A DNA stretch of 33,000 bases from Octopus sinensis (GCF_006345805.1 NC_043005.1:28117001-28150000), one strand, 5' to 3'; counted from the stretch's first letter, positions 21,319 through 32,398 are shown. Notes: a model not told the origin generated them from the sequence alone. Program-made: numbers and translations.

Positions 21319-22569
21319 ATAAATATATTAGGAAGCTACATAGAAGATTTAGTTAAGTTTCATTAATTTCATATCATGTGCTGTTTTTACACAATGCTCT
21401 TTCATTTGACTAAGATATATAAATTTCTTATTGTATTTCTGATCTTTCTGACGTCTAAGATTGGATGTTCATGTGTATGAATCTTTTTTCAAATGTAATT
21501 CTGGAGAACTGAAGAGGCAAATTTACTTTTTGTCTTACTCATTCTGCTTTGCCTAAATTTGTCTTCTTATATGCTCAATGAGAACAGTGAAATAGTGTTC
21601 TGAAAACTATTATAGTTTTTACTGCATTTAGAGAAGGTCTTTGCTTAGCTGATGTAGTTTTGGCAAGGCAGTGAACATTTCTTAAAAATACATTTTCTTC
21701 AAAGTCAAAAATGCAGTAAATATTGCTCGTTGTGCCCCACCTACTCCTAATGGAAACTGGAAAACTCAACTTTTGGAATACCTGTCCCATATATGTTTGA
21801 ATTTCCTTATTTTTGTTGGGGTTTCCGCTTTTTTGTTTTTTATGCACAGCAAAACAATGAAGAGAGGCCATTTTGAAAGAAGAATTTTAAAAATCCATGT
21901 CTTTTAAATGTTGGTGTCTCTACCACCACTCCCACCCCCTCACACACACACTCATCGTGCCTATGGAACAGCAACAACCACTAAAATGATATTTTTGCTT
22001 TTTTTTGTAATTTTTTGTCATTTTATCATATTCTGCATTCTGAAACATTTGTAACATGCATTAAAAGGAAAAAATCTTAGTCCTTCTTCCCTCCTTCATT
22101 GTACTTTTTACAGTGAAGTAAAAGTCAAATACTGCAAGAGGATGTGTGAAAAAGGAAATTTGAATTTTGAAAAGTCTATCTATAAAGCTAAAACTGCATT
22201 AACAATAGCCACCTTTCTTGTTTTTATGTGTTTTACCTATATTATATTGAAGATATGAAAATGTATGCTTTTACAAGTGAATAGATATGTCAAGCATTCC
22301 TAATATCAAAATTGAAAAGATAAATAGGTAACACAATTTTTTAAGTTTTCTTTGCCTGTTTATTAAATCTCATTGGTTATCTATATTTTTATGAGTGTCT
22401 ACAAACACTTTTGCCTGTTACCGGATGCAACATTTTAATAAGAAGTTATGAACCATGAAGTTTAGGAGTAGGTCATGTGTTTATAGCCAACTGGTAAAAG
22501 TAGCTAACATGTGTGGAGTTTCTGTGAAGTTTTGTCTTCAAATTCTGGTGATAAAGTATTGTTGATATA

Positions 22570-22606
<37 letters not shown>

Positions 22607-22609
22607 ATC

Positions 22610-22919
22610 AAAATAAAAATCAAATGGAAATTGTAGTTGTGACACCTGTGCCAGCGCCGCCTTGACTGGCGTCCGTGCCGGTGGCACGTAAAAAGCACCA
22701 ACTGATCATGGCCATTGCCAGCCTCCTCTGGCCCCTTTGCCAGTGGCATGAAAAAAGCACCCACTACACTCATGGAGTGGTTGGTGTTAGCAAGGGCATC
22801 CAGCTGTAGAAACACTGCCAGATCAGACTGGAGCCTGGTGCAGCCTCCCGGTTTCCCAGACCCTGGTTGAACCATCCAACCCATGCTAGCATGGAGAACG
22901 GACATTAAACGATGATGAT
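22610..22919 (+). mobile_element. RTE-type 3' region with two stem-loop units and (GAT)n tail
   Basis: Units at ~22648-22699 and 22700-22761, then gtggttggtgttagcaagggcatcc...ggacattaaacgatgatgat. Confidence 0.85.
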
Positions 22920-22973
22920 ATATATATATAGCTTTATGTAATCTGGTTACATCTTTTGAGTACAATTAGAAAA

Positions 22974-23927
22974 CTAGAAAAGCACTCAGAGAGCGCAGAC
23001 CTCCGCCAAGCAGCTCATTTCCACCCATATACATGCATGCTAAAAATCGCCCAATTTCCCAAATCAACACCAGCAAAAACATAACCTCCTTGGTGAGGTT
23101 AAAAAATAAAAAATAACACAGCCATATGATTAAAAAAAAAATCCTTTTAAAAACAGGTATCATCTGAAGCAGTTATAATACATCACTGACAACAGCAAGC
23201 TAGTTTCACCATACAACTAAAAAGAAACAGCAATTACCTAAAACTTGAGTGATACATGCACAACATCATGGTCGGAAAAGTAACAGTCAGTTACGGTGAC
23301 TTGTGGATGCCGATCCTGGTTCACATAAACATGATCTAGCAGGCTTCCATAGTCGGTGGTGGGTTTTTGGACTAGTTGGTCGAACCCAAACTGGTTCATA
23401 GTTGTCAATATCTCATGGTTTGGGGAATCAAGGAGATCCACATTGAAATCACCAAGGACGATGGTCAGATGATTCCTTGGCAAAGATAAAAGAGGTATTT
23501 GTCTACTTACGAAACTAAACCTACCTAACTACTTTACATCCCTCTGTGGTCAGTATAGTATCAATCATCCCTCAAGAGTCCATAGATACGTGAGTAAAAT
23601 TACTAATAGAGAAACGAAAATAAAACTTTGGAAACGGCAATGCCACCATAGGTAACGTGGAAACAATGAACGTGTTTTCAAGGGAGATAATCAAAGAATG
23701 TAACATTGTAATATTTCATGTAAAGTAAATATAACAAAAATAAATCCTTCAAGAATCCATAAAAATTCCCAGACCATTACCAAAATTTCATCATATGTTT
23801 CTTGTGCCATTACCAACTTTTTCTGCAAGTTTCATCAAATACCGTTCACAATTTTTTGAGTTATTTTGCACACAGACAGACAAACCAACGCCAATGAAAA
23901 TATAACTTCTTTCCTTGGTGGAAGTAA
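22974..23927 (-). mobile_element. Helentron (Helitron2)-like element with endonuclease remnant and a second internal 5'-type end
   Basis: 3' end: subTIR cttggcggaggt + hairpin gcgctctctgagtgc + CTAG|TT at 22974. 5'-type ends (acctccttggtgaggt at 23084-23099; ttccttggtggaagtaa ending 23927) are complementary to the subTIR. The EN fragment lies on the same strand. Confidence 0.65.
23238..23561 (-). pseudogene. AP-endonuclease (EEP) C-terminal remnant, Helentron-type
   Basis: TIVLGDFN...QLVQKPTTDYGSLLDHVYVN...DCYFSDHD. Upstream and in frame is ILY*P (YRP motif with TGA) plus a second stop. A possible GGIAV motif at ~23633-23647 is in a shifted frame. Confidence 0.8.
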
Positions 23928-24059
23928 TTCGTTCTATTTTGAATAACAAATGACCTACAAGAATAAACTTTGCCGTGATTCATATATTTGTAGCTAAATA
24001 TATTTATTTCCTTATTTGTCCTGCTAATATGTAATAGTATGAGGAAGGGATATACATAG

Positions 24060-24254
24060 AGTGACCTGAACAACCACAACAACAAGAACAAAAAACCTTA
24101 GGAATGAGAACCCAGGTTCAAAATTTCCCCAAGACACCTGACAAAGGCTGGAGGGTATATGAGCCGAAATGTGTTAACAACAAACAAGATGACAAATATC
24201 CATCAAATGTAAATAATGTACATAATTCCTCATCTCTTAAATATAGAACTGTAA
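24060..24254 (+). mobile_element. Hammerhead element family 1, second copy (5'-truncated, full 3' end)
   Basis: agtgacctgaa + degenerate (AAC)n + ccttaggaatgagaacccagg...gacac CTGACAA aggctg..gagcc GAAA t gtgtt...tcttaaatatagaactgtaa. Confidence 0.8.
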
Positions 24255-24730
24255 CACAGTTCAGTGGTAAAAGTAACAAAGAGGGCCATAAGTTCAGCAC
24301 ATTTTAGGGATGAAAATTTCCAAGCTCTTCAAAGTATCTTCAACTGAAATTAAATTTTTCTTAAACTACACATATGCAATATATCTTATGTTTGATGCAT
24401 TTATTTAAACCTAGCATCAGCTTATTTTAAAATATTATCAGTTCACAAACATCTTTGACAGCATGTGTGTGTGTGTATGTGTGTGTAGATATATGATATA
24501 CATTTGGTCAAAATGCAATTTATCAAAAACAATTGATCAAAAAAAAAAAAAGAAAAACATTCAATCAGCTTAACAGTTGTTCATATCAGCAATTAATTAA
24601 ATTATAGCAAGTAGTAAAATTATTTCTTTCAGAAAAAGGTTGTCACGTTTTATTTAATTAAAAAAAAAAAAAAGATGATTAAAATATATAAAACAATTTA
24701 TGAATGGGCAAAAAGAATATGAGGATTCTA

Positions 24731-24891
24731 GGTGCAGGAGTGGCTGTGTGGTAAGTAGCTTGCTTATCAATCACATGGTTCCAGGTTCAGTCTCACTGCA
24801 TGGCACCTTGGGCAAGAGTCTACTACTATAGCCTCGGGCCAACTAAACCCTCGTGAGTGGATTTGGTAGAAAGAAACTGGAATAAGCCCGT

Positions 24892-24926
<35 letters not shown>

Positions 24927-25020
24927 GTGTGTGTCTCTGTTTGTCCCCCCAACATCACTTGACAAGCGATGTTGGTGTGTTTACGTCCCCATAAATTAAT
25001 GGTTTAGGCCGATAGAATAA
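24731..25020 (+). mobile_element. tRNA-derived SINE, 3'-truncated
   Basis: A-box tggctgtgtgg, B-box ggttcagtctc, core ggcaccttgggcaag; ends at gatagaataa. Confidence 0.85.
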
Positions 25021-25147
25021 AAGTGTGCAAAAAAGTTCACTGCCTCAATTCCAGAGGAAACTTCTGTAGCTGTTTATGAACGGTTTGTCAAAAACATGAG
25101 AATCTAATGCGTTCTTGTTATTCCATTGAACTGCTAATTTCTTTGTG

Positions 25148-25237
25148 CAGCAAAAATCGTTAGCACCATTTTCAAATATTGATTCAATTACCACAGATTT
25201 TGAACCAGCATTGATAAAGGTCATAAAGCAACATTAA
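25148..25237 (+). pseudogene. Possible Mutator (MULE) transposase remnant
   Basis: ITTDFEPALIKVIKQH resembles the MULE TDFExAL motif. Short match only. Confidence 0.35.
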
Positions 25238-25289
25238 CAGTAAACATTAAAAAAAAACACATTTGCATGCACAAACACACATGCATATA

Positions 25290-25495
25290 TTCTTTTATTC
25301 TTTTACTTGTTTCAGTCATTTGATTGCAGCCATGCTGGAGCACTGCCCTTAGCCGAACAAATCAACCGAAGGACTTATTCTTTGTAAGCCTAGTACTTAT
25401 TCCATTGGTCTTTTTTGCCAAACTGCTAAGTTACAGGAAAGTAAACACGCCAACATCAGTTGTTAAGTGATGGTAGGAGGACAAACAAAGACATA
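25290..25495 (-). mobile_element. SINE 3' half (tail A)
   Basis: Reverse complement of the tail-A region of 1671-2092. Confidence 0.85.
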
Positions 25496-25520
25496 AATAT
25501 ATACATATATATATATATAT

Positions 25521-25937
25521 TCTTTTTTCCTTCCTCTTTTTACTTGTTTCAGACATTTGACTACAGCCATGCTGGAGCACTGCCTCTAGTCGAGCAAATC
25601 GACCCCAGAACTTATTCTTTGTAAGCCTAATACTTATTCTATTGTTCTCTTTTGCCGAACTGCTAAGGTACAGGAACATAAACACACCATCATTGGTTGT
25701 CAAGCAATAGTGAGGGGGACAAACATAGACACACAAACACACACACACACACACTCACACATACAGACACACACATACACACACACACACACATATATAT
25801 ATGTATATATATACAACAGGCTTCTTTCAGTTTCCATCTACTAAATCCACTCACAAGGCTTTGGTCAGCCCGAGGCTATAGAAGAAGACACTTGCCCAAG
25901 GTGCTATACAGTGGGACTGAACCTAGAACCATGTGGA
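25521..25937 (-). mobile_element. tRNA-derived SINE with tail A (A-box region missing)
   Basis: Collinear with 1700-2092 on the opposite strand. Confidence 0.85.
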
Positions 25938-25968
25938 TATCTATCTATGTGTGTTTGCATGTGTACAT

Positions 25969-26245
25969 ATAATAATAATAATAATAATGAAATTATTGTA
26001 TACAGTGCTCAGGTGCACCAGAACTTGTCAAAAGTGCATATAAAGCATATGCAGTAATGTACAAATGTCTGGGAAGTGAACAGTGTATGAGTCAGATACA
26101 TGCTTGCATGTGTATGGAGGGGAGAAAATCAGGTGTAGTGTTGGCAAATCTCAGGAAGCGTGGAAGTTTTGAAGGATGTAGTGCTCCAACAACAAACAAC
26201 TGATGCCGGCAGTTTGTTCCATACTTCAGCAACTCTTAGCATGAT
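25969..26245 (-). mobile_element. CR1-clade LINE 3' end with (ATT)n tail
   Basis: Minus strand 26239-26129 reads LRVAEVWNKLPASVVCCWSTTSFKTS (RV..WNxLP..VV....SFK signature), followed by a short 3' UTR and (ATT)n. Confidence 0.8.
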
Positions 26246-26614
26246 GTGTATATGTATGTATGTATGTATATATCATTTATCTTTGAGTTTAAAACTTAAA
26301 TTCTTGAGACAGTTGAAGCTGATAGCTAACAAAGTGACAAGACTTTTTGAGTTAAGCGGGTTCCCAGTGTTTGTAAATATGTGATTGTGTTCCATGCTGC
26401 TTGAACTTCCAGGGCATACACCAAAGTGTTTGAATCTATCCACCCAAGAATCTCACATGGAGAATTTTTGAATGTCTTACAAATTTTTGCTTTTCAGCTA
26501 GCAGACTGGATTTGGAGAATCCGTGTCCTGTATGTATGCTAGCTATATTAACTATTGCTTAACCATTTTCTTACACCGTCTCCAATGAAGGAATATATAA
26601 AATATCCTTCTCTT

Positions 26615-26667
<53 letters not shown>

Positions 26668-26670
<3 letters not shown>

Positions 26671-26938
26671 GTGGCTAATTCGCAATTTTACGACTTAAAG
26701 GCAGAAATATATATGTCACTAAAGTGAACAAGGTCGCTAATCAGCAGATAGATCTAGATCACTAATGATTTTACATTTTGATGCTTAATGCATCTTAACA
26801 CTCGTCAGTGGCTCTCACTGTGCCTTGGGTTAAACACATCTCGCACTGTCAGCTTATGAGATTTCTGTTGAAATCATACGCTATTCAGCTCAGTGACGTA
26901 TATATTTCTGCCATTAGGTTGTAAAATGTAGCCACCCA
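26668..26938. mobile_element. TA-flanked MITE with ~50-bp TIRs
   Basis: TA|taggtggcta..attttacgacttaaaggcagaaatatatatgtcact vs agtgacgtatatatttctgccattaggttgtaaaatgtagccaccca|TA. Confidence 0.8.
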
Positions 26939-26980
26939 TATTATTTATAATTTTCAATTTCACCATTTATGAAACCAGCA

Positions 26981-27090
26981 TATGATTTCAACAGAACTCT
27001 TATAAGGTGAGGTGGGTTTAACCTTAGGCATGGTGAGAGCGTTAAGGTGCGTTAAGCATCAAAATGCAAAATCATCGGTGATCTGGCTAT
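26981..27090. repeat. Inverted partial copy of the interior of the adjacent MITE
   Basis: tgatttcaacagaa...taagcatcaaaatgcaaaatcatcggtgatct is the reverse complement (with gaps) of ~26755-26878. Confidence 0.7.
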
Positions 27091-27203
27091 ATTGGCAACT
27101 GTAGTGCGATTGTCTCCCTTGTCAGTTCATTAAGATAGTGCTTTTGTGGCTATTGAATTGTTTTGACTCTTATTTCTAACAATACTGGTGTTGATTAGTG
27201 AGG

Positions 27204-27238
<35 letters not shown>

Positions 27239-27297
27239 ATATGAGTGAGCCCACATCTGCATTGTTGAAGGTAAGGATGTCAGTGCATAGGTGCATC

Positions 27298-28892
27298 TTA
27301 TTGGCTTAGCTTCTTGAATGTTTTATATATTTGAGACAGTATTTCTACTAGCTTGTTGCTGTAATCCCTTAATTAGGTTCTTTCTGGTTTTATGAAAACC
27401 ATCTTCTCAAGGTCGATGCCGAGGAAGATAGTTGCATAACCAAGTAAATACTCCAATGATAACTGATAAAAATCTAAAGTTACAGTCTGAATGGAGTAGC
27501 TACAAATTTCTCATCAGTTCAGCAGAGATATTATCTTTTTCTCCAATCTTTAAGATCAAATTAACTTTTTATGGGTAACTGATTTCAACTGCTGTACATA
27601 ATGTCTTTCATTATGCTTACATTTTATTGAAATGCTGTCAGGGACATTCAGCTAGTAATCTTTCATGTTATATGTGATTATGCCCTCTACATCTCTGTAG
27701 CTTCTTATATTTGTTTTCTCAAGATGATCCTTTCTCTGGATTTCATTATAAATTGTTTTTGCCATAACATCATGTTTCATGGAAAGTAACACTGTGATGT
27801 GGGTGACCTCTGCTATGTAAATTCCACAGAGTCTACAATGTTTGTTACATCTAGGTGGCACCTTCCCTGCATGCCTATCCATTTTGTACATCAGATATGA
27901 GGTGGTATCAAAAAGTTCCTGGACTAGTTCTGTAGCATGCCAACAGATGGCAGCACATGGTTGCATGCACAGTGAGAGCTAGCAGTGACCTTTATGAGGT
28001 GGTATCAAAAAGTTCCTGGACTAGTTCTGTAGCATGCCAACAGATGGCAGCACATGGTTGTATGCACAGTGAGAGCTAGCAGTGACCTTTATGAGGCAGA
28101 GTGCTGAGTGACATCACTATGTTTACTTAACATGTGAAATTTGTGTTTTTGTGATCACGTGTATGCTGTAGTCTGCGATTTTGTCATAGATAGTAACAAA
28201 GAGCCAACATGAAATTTTGCATTAAACTTAAGAAGTCTGCTACAGAGACATTGAGCATGCTTTGGCAAGCTTACACCGACAAGGCAATGGGTCATATGCA
28301 GTGTTTTGAGAGGCATGGATGCTTCACAAGCAGAAGAATATCCCCGAGTGTTACCCTCGGAAATGTGGTATTGTGCATCGAGAATTCTTCCCTCAGAGCC
28401 AGACTGTTAATCAAGAGTTCTACTGCAGCTTTTTGAAGCGTTTGAGGGAGGACATTTGGTGAAAGTGACCAAATCTGTGGAGCACAAAGAATTGGTTTCT
28501 TCATGACAATACACAGTCATTGAATTCTCCTCTCTCATGAGTTTCTTGCCCAAGACAACATGGTATCACTTTCACACCTGCCCTATTCGCCAAATTTAAC
28601 ACGTGAGGACTTCCATCTCTTCTCCAAGATGTAAATGCAGCTCAAAGGTTGCTGTTTTAACACCGTTGTCAAGATCCAGAGTGAATCGCAGAAGGTCCTT
28701 GACTCGTTTATGGAAAACGATCTCCAGGCCAGATTACAAAAGTGGCAGGATTACAGGGACTGGTGTATTGCTGAGCAAGGTGACTATTTCGAAAATGATA
28801 TTAAAACTTAGGTAAATAAGTTATTTTTTATTAAGTATATCTAGTTCTGGAACGTTTTGATACCACCTCATATTTTGTTGCTATTTCCTTTA
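27298..28892 (-). pseudogene. RLE-type non-LTR retrotransposon (R4/Dong/NeSL-like) C-terminal remnant, interrupted by mariner
   Basis: IKEIATK|YLMYKMDR...CRLCG..EVTHI..KHDVMAK (zinc knuckle), then CKHN, CTAVEISYP*.VN..LKIGEK and FRFLSVIIG (restriction-like endonuclease region). The reading frame rejoins across the mariner. Confidence 0.8.
27898..28870 (+). mobile_element. Internally deleted mariner transposon with duplicated left end
   Basis: TA TSD; TIRs tgaggtggtatcaaaaagttcctggactag / ctagttctggaacgttttgataccacctca. Encodes QRANMKFCIKL..SATET (HTH) and GIVHREF..QTVNQEFY..LHDN..PYSPNLTREDF..QGDYFE. The central part is deleted and there are several stops. Confidence 0.95.
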
Positions 28893-29718
28893 TTTTTTTA
28901 TCTCCTTTCTCTTCCTCCCCCCACTCTCTCGCTTCCCCTTTTCTCTCTCTTCTCTCCCTTCTATCCTCTCTTTTGTTCTCGCAACACAATGGTGAATTAC
29001 TAGATGAGCAGATGATGGAAACATTTTGTTGAAATTTTGTTGCAAATTCCATTGAAATTGAAATCTGTATATATATAAAAGGCATGATGTGTGTGTGTGT
29101 GTGTGTGTGTGCGTGTGTGCGTGTGTGTGTGTGTGTGTACATGAATGTAAATTATGCACGTCCACAAAATAGCACGCATGTTGCTCAAATTTTAGGAGGA
29201 CATTCGTCACGATCCTAGCTGTATTTTCATCAAATTATTTTCCCCCGAGGCAGCAGCAAATAACAGTAAAAATAATTTTGAGCCATAACTTTTAAACATT
29301 TTTCAAGTCGAAGAAATACGCCATTTGCAAATATGAGTTAAGTCTCCTTCTAGCGATGGTGTAAAGAGAGGGAGAGAGAGAACAGATTTTTAAAATTTCG
29401 TAGGGGTTGTTATGTATGTATGTATGTGTGAATGCGTACAAAACACATGTATGCTGACAATTTGATTGGGAAATCCCAATCAAATTGTCAGCAACTCATT
29501 TTCAGCCAAAAGTTTAACAATTTCAACGCTCAAATTTGACGTCGATGTTACTTAGTTTGGTTTGAAATAAAGAGCTTGACTAGCTTAATAATCCTAACTT
29601 AAACCCGAGCAAAGCCGGGCTATACTGCTAGTAAAAAATATATTAGAGGCAAGATGAGCAATCATTTTGTAAGGAAATTGAATTCCACAAATTTGGGCTA
29701 CAGGTTGCAATAATATAT
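28893..29718 (+). repeat. Copy 1 of a ~265-bp duplicated segment, split by a Helitron
   Basis: 28893-29063 plus 29632-29718 is collinear with uninterrupted 31280-31545. Confidence 0.85.
29064..29631 (+). mobile_element. Non-autonomous Helitron, short copy (568 bp)
   Basis: A|TCtgtatatatataaaagg ... hairpin cccgagcaaagccggg (29604-29619) ... tactgCTAG|T. Empty site at 31458|31459. Confidence 0.92.
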
Positions 29719-30747
29719 GTCCTACAAAGTGAGAGCTGTTATTTCAATTGTGGATTACTCTGGCTACCAATTTTGCAGTCACTTTGAAAGGAATATATGT
29801 GTAACAGAAGTGATTTATTTGGTACAGTTACCAATTGTAATGGTATAAATTGATTTAGTAAACATTATTTTATAAACAATATTATGATGATGTTGTCAGC
29901 AACAGTTGTGACGATAAGAGTTTGTTATTAAAATTGCAAGTTGTAAAATGTGTATGCAACAATGCATGAAGTTTTAAGAAAAGTATTTATTTACAGTTAC
30001 ATTATAAATACCTAGCCTCGACGGGCAGGTTGATAAATCCAAAAGCAGGCGAAAGTAAAGTTTGCTGTGGTAGAATGTTTTCTTTACATAGTTTTACATA
30101 TATGTATAGTTAGTAGTAATCCACAGACAGTGATAGAATGTTGTTGTAGGAGAACAGAATTAGAGCTAGAGAGAATTGTATGGTGTGGAACGTTGTCTCA
30201 CAGTTGCTGTCTCCCTCTGACCAAGGTTGGTCAGCCAGACCTCGTTTAGTTGTCACCAGTTGGTGACTAACTGATTTTTGCTTGGGATGTGCTTGCTTAT
30301 ATTAAGATCCAGAAGGATATATATATCATTGAGAACAATAGATTAGTTGGTGGTCTTGTTATCTATTCTAGCTTTTGGTGAAGTAGAAGAGGTTAGGAAG
30401 GGTCAAGTGGTGAAGACATTAATTTCGGCCTAGCATATGTAAATACTGCTGTCAGAGAAAAAAACCATTGTTCCACCGTAGGAAAAGTTCTGTAGCAGTG
30501 TTGATTTAAATTTGGCTATGTTGGATCGAATCCAACTCATGCATACAGTATTCGCTACTTATGCACAACTTTTGTCTCATACATCTTGTCTACTTCGTGA
30601 CCTATTTTGGTGGAGTTGTTATATTACTAATCATCAGTCAGAAAGTACTTATGGAGAAGCTCTTTGCCATCTCTAATCATGAACGTTGGAAAGGCATCAT
30701 GTATGCAGATCCATGACTGGACTTCAGCAATTGGGGGGAAGGGGGGA

Positions 30748-30778
<31 letters not shown>

Positions 30779-31235
30779 TGTATGTATGTATGTATGTATG
30801 TATGTCCGTCCGTACTTACATATGTAGGGGGAGCAGTTAAGAGGGTGTCAGGGAAATGTTGAACTTCAGTTGGATATGATACAATAAATTAGTGATGAAT
30901 TTATTGCTTGGACGTACGCATGTATTTAATTTTCTTCTTTTCCGACTTACTGTCATTTCCTTCATCACTCTTCCCGTCTCTATCTCAAGCGCCCCTTCCG
31001 TTTACATTTTCACTTTCCCTTTTAATATTGTCTATCTCCATTTCTCCCCCTCTCCCTCTCTCTACTATTAATTCTACTCCTCTTGTTTCCGTCTCTCTTT
31101 TCCTCACCTCTTCCACCTTTTCCTCAATCAATTAACTTCCCTTTTCCTTTTTCTTTCTTTCATTCTCCCTCTTCCTATCTCATTCAATCTCTTTTTCGTT
31201 TTATGTATGTAAATCCTATTCAAATCTATATTACG

Positions 31236-31274
<39 letters not shown>

Positions 31275-31279
31275 TTTTA

Positions 31280-31545
31280 TTTTTTATCTCCTTTCTCTTT
31301 CTCCGCCCCCCACCCCACTCTCTCGCTTTCCCCTTTTCTCTCTCTTCTCTCCCTTCTATCCTCTCTTTTGTTCTCGCAACACAATGGTGAATTACTAGAC
31401 GAGCAGACGATAGATACATTTTGTTGAAATTTTATTGCAAATTCCATTGAAATTGAAATAAAAAATAAATTAGAAGCAAGATGAACAATCATTTTGTAAG
31501 GAAATTGAATTCCATAAATTTGGGCTACAGGTTGCAATAATATAT
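31280..31545 (+). repeat. Copy 2 of the duplicated segment (empty Helitron site)
   Basis: gaaattgaaa|taaaaaataaattagaagcaag, uninterrupted. Confidence 0.85.
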
Positions 31546-31933
31546 TTATTGACTAGAACTACCTCACCAACTATCTCATTCATAAAAGCCAGCAGATGGA
31601 GATGTAGCTAAAAGCTCCCTGTCTCCATTCAGTGGACGCCGATGGCTTCATGTATCGTGCCTTCAAAATGTTCATTTATTGATCGCAGTTCGCCCAGCAC
31701 ACGCCTCAACTACTGTCTGTTATGTATAAAACAAAGTGATGTATGTAACTGTGTGAGATCATGTACGTATCCCTGCGATAGTGTGTTTCTATATATGTGT
31801 GTGTGTGTGTTTACGTATGTGTGTGTTCAGAATCAAAAAAGGGTGAGACGTGCCGGGGAAGAAAGCGCAAAAGAGCAATAGACAACAAGGAACGTGGAGG
31901 AAATATAAATACGCACGCACACACACATACACA

Positions 31934-32398
31934 CTAGCTGAGTAGCCCGTTGTTGCTGGGTAATTTTCACACTAGGAATGCCTTGGCGGACTTTCAGAAT
32001 AGTACACCCACATAAGTTGGATTTTGCCCCGTTTTGGTGGAGATTTTTCAAAACATTTTTCATCACATCCTTGCAAAATGATGGGGTGGAAGCATTTTAT
32101 GGAAAAATTTTTTTGAGAATTTATTAATCCGCCCCTCCTCCTTCCGGATCGATTTTGTCGATTTTTTTTTTTTTTGCACTACACACTTAAAAACAATGGG
32201 AAACGCTTCTGCAGTGAAAGAGAATAAAATTAGAAAATTTAGGAATTTTTTTCAAACCTTTTCTGTACCGGTTTTGATTTTTTTTTTTTTTGCACTTCGT
32301 CCTTAAAAGCGATGAGAGACGCCTTGAGGGTTAAAAGTGGTGGTGGGGGGGTTTAGAAATCGGTGGTCACCATTACAATCTCCACTTGTAGATACAGA
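31934..32398 (-). mobile_element. Probable second non-autonomous Helitron family
   Basis: Minus strand: A|TCtgtatctac start (32398, or 32392), degenerate hairpin cccagcaacaacggg, end ctactcagCTAG|T at 31934. Internal atcgattttgtcgattttt motif resembles that of 9049-10584. Confidence 0.55.

Noticed and set aside
22114-22258. Strong plus-strand acceptor followed by 44 codons with a hydrophobic C-terminus
   Set aside because: No upstream partner exon or homology identified; T-rich sequence readily yields hydrophobic peptides.
31569-31716. Minus-strand exon-like segment with a GTGAGG donor
   Set aside because: Stops in all three frames; it could only be non-coding and cannot be supported from sequence alone.
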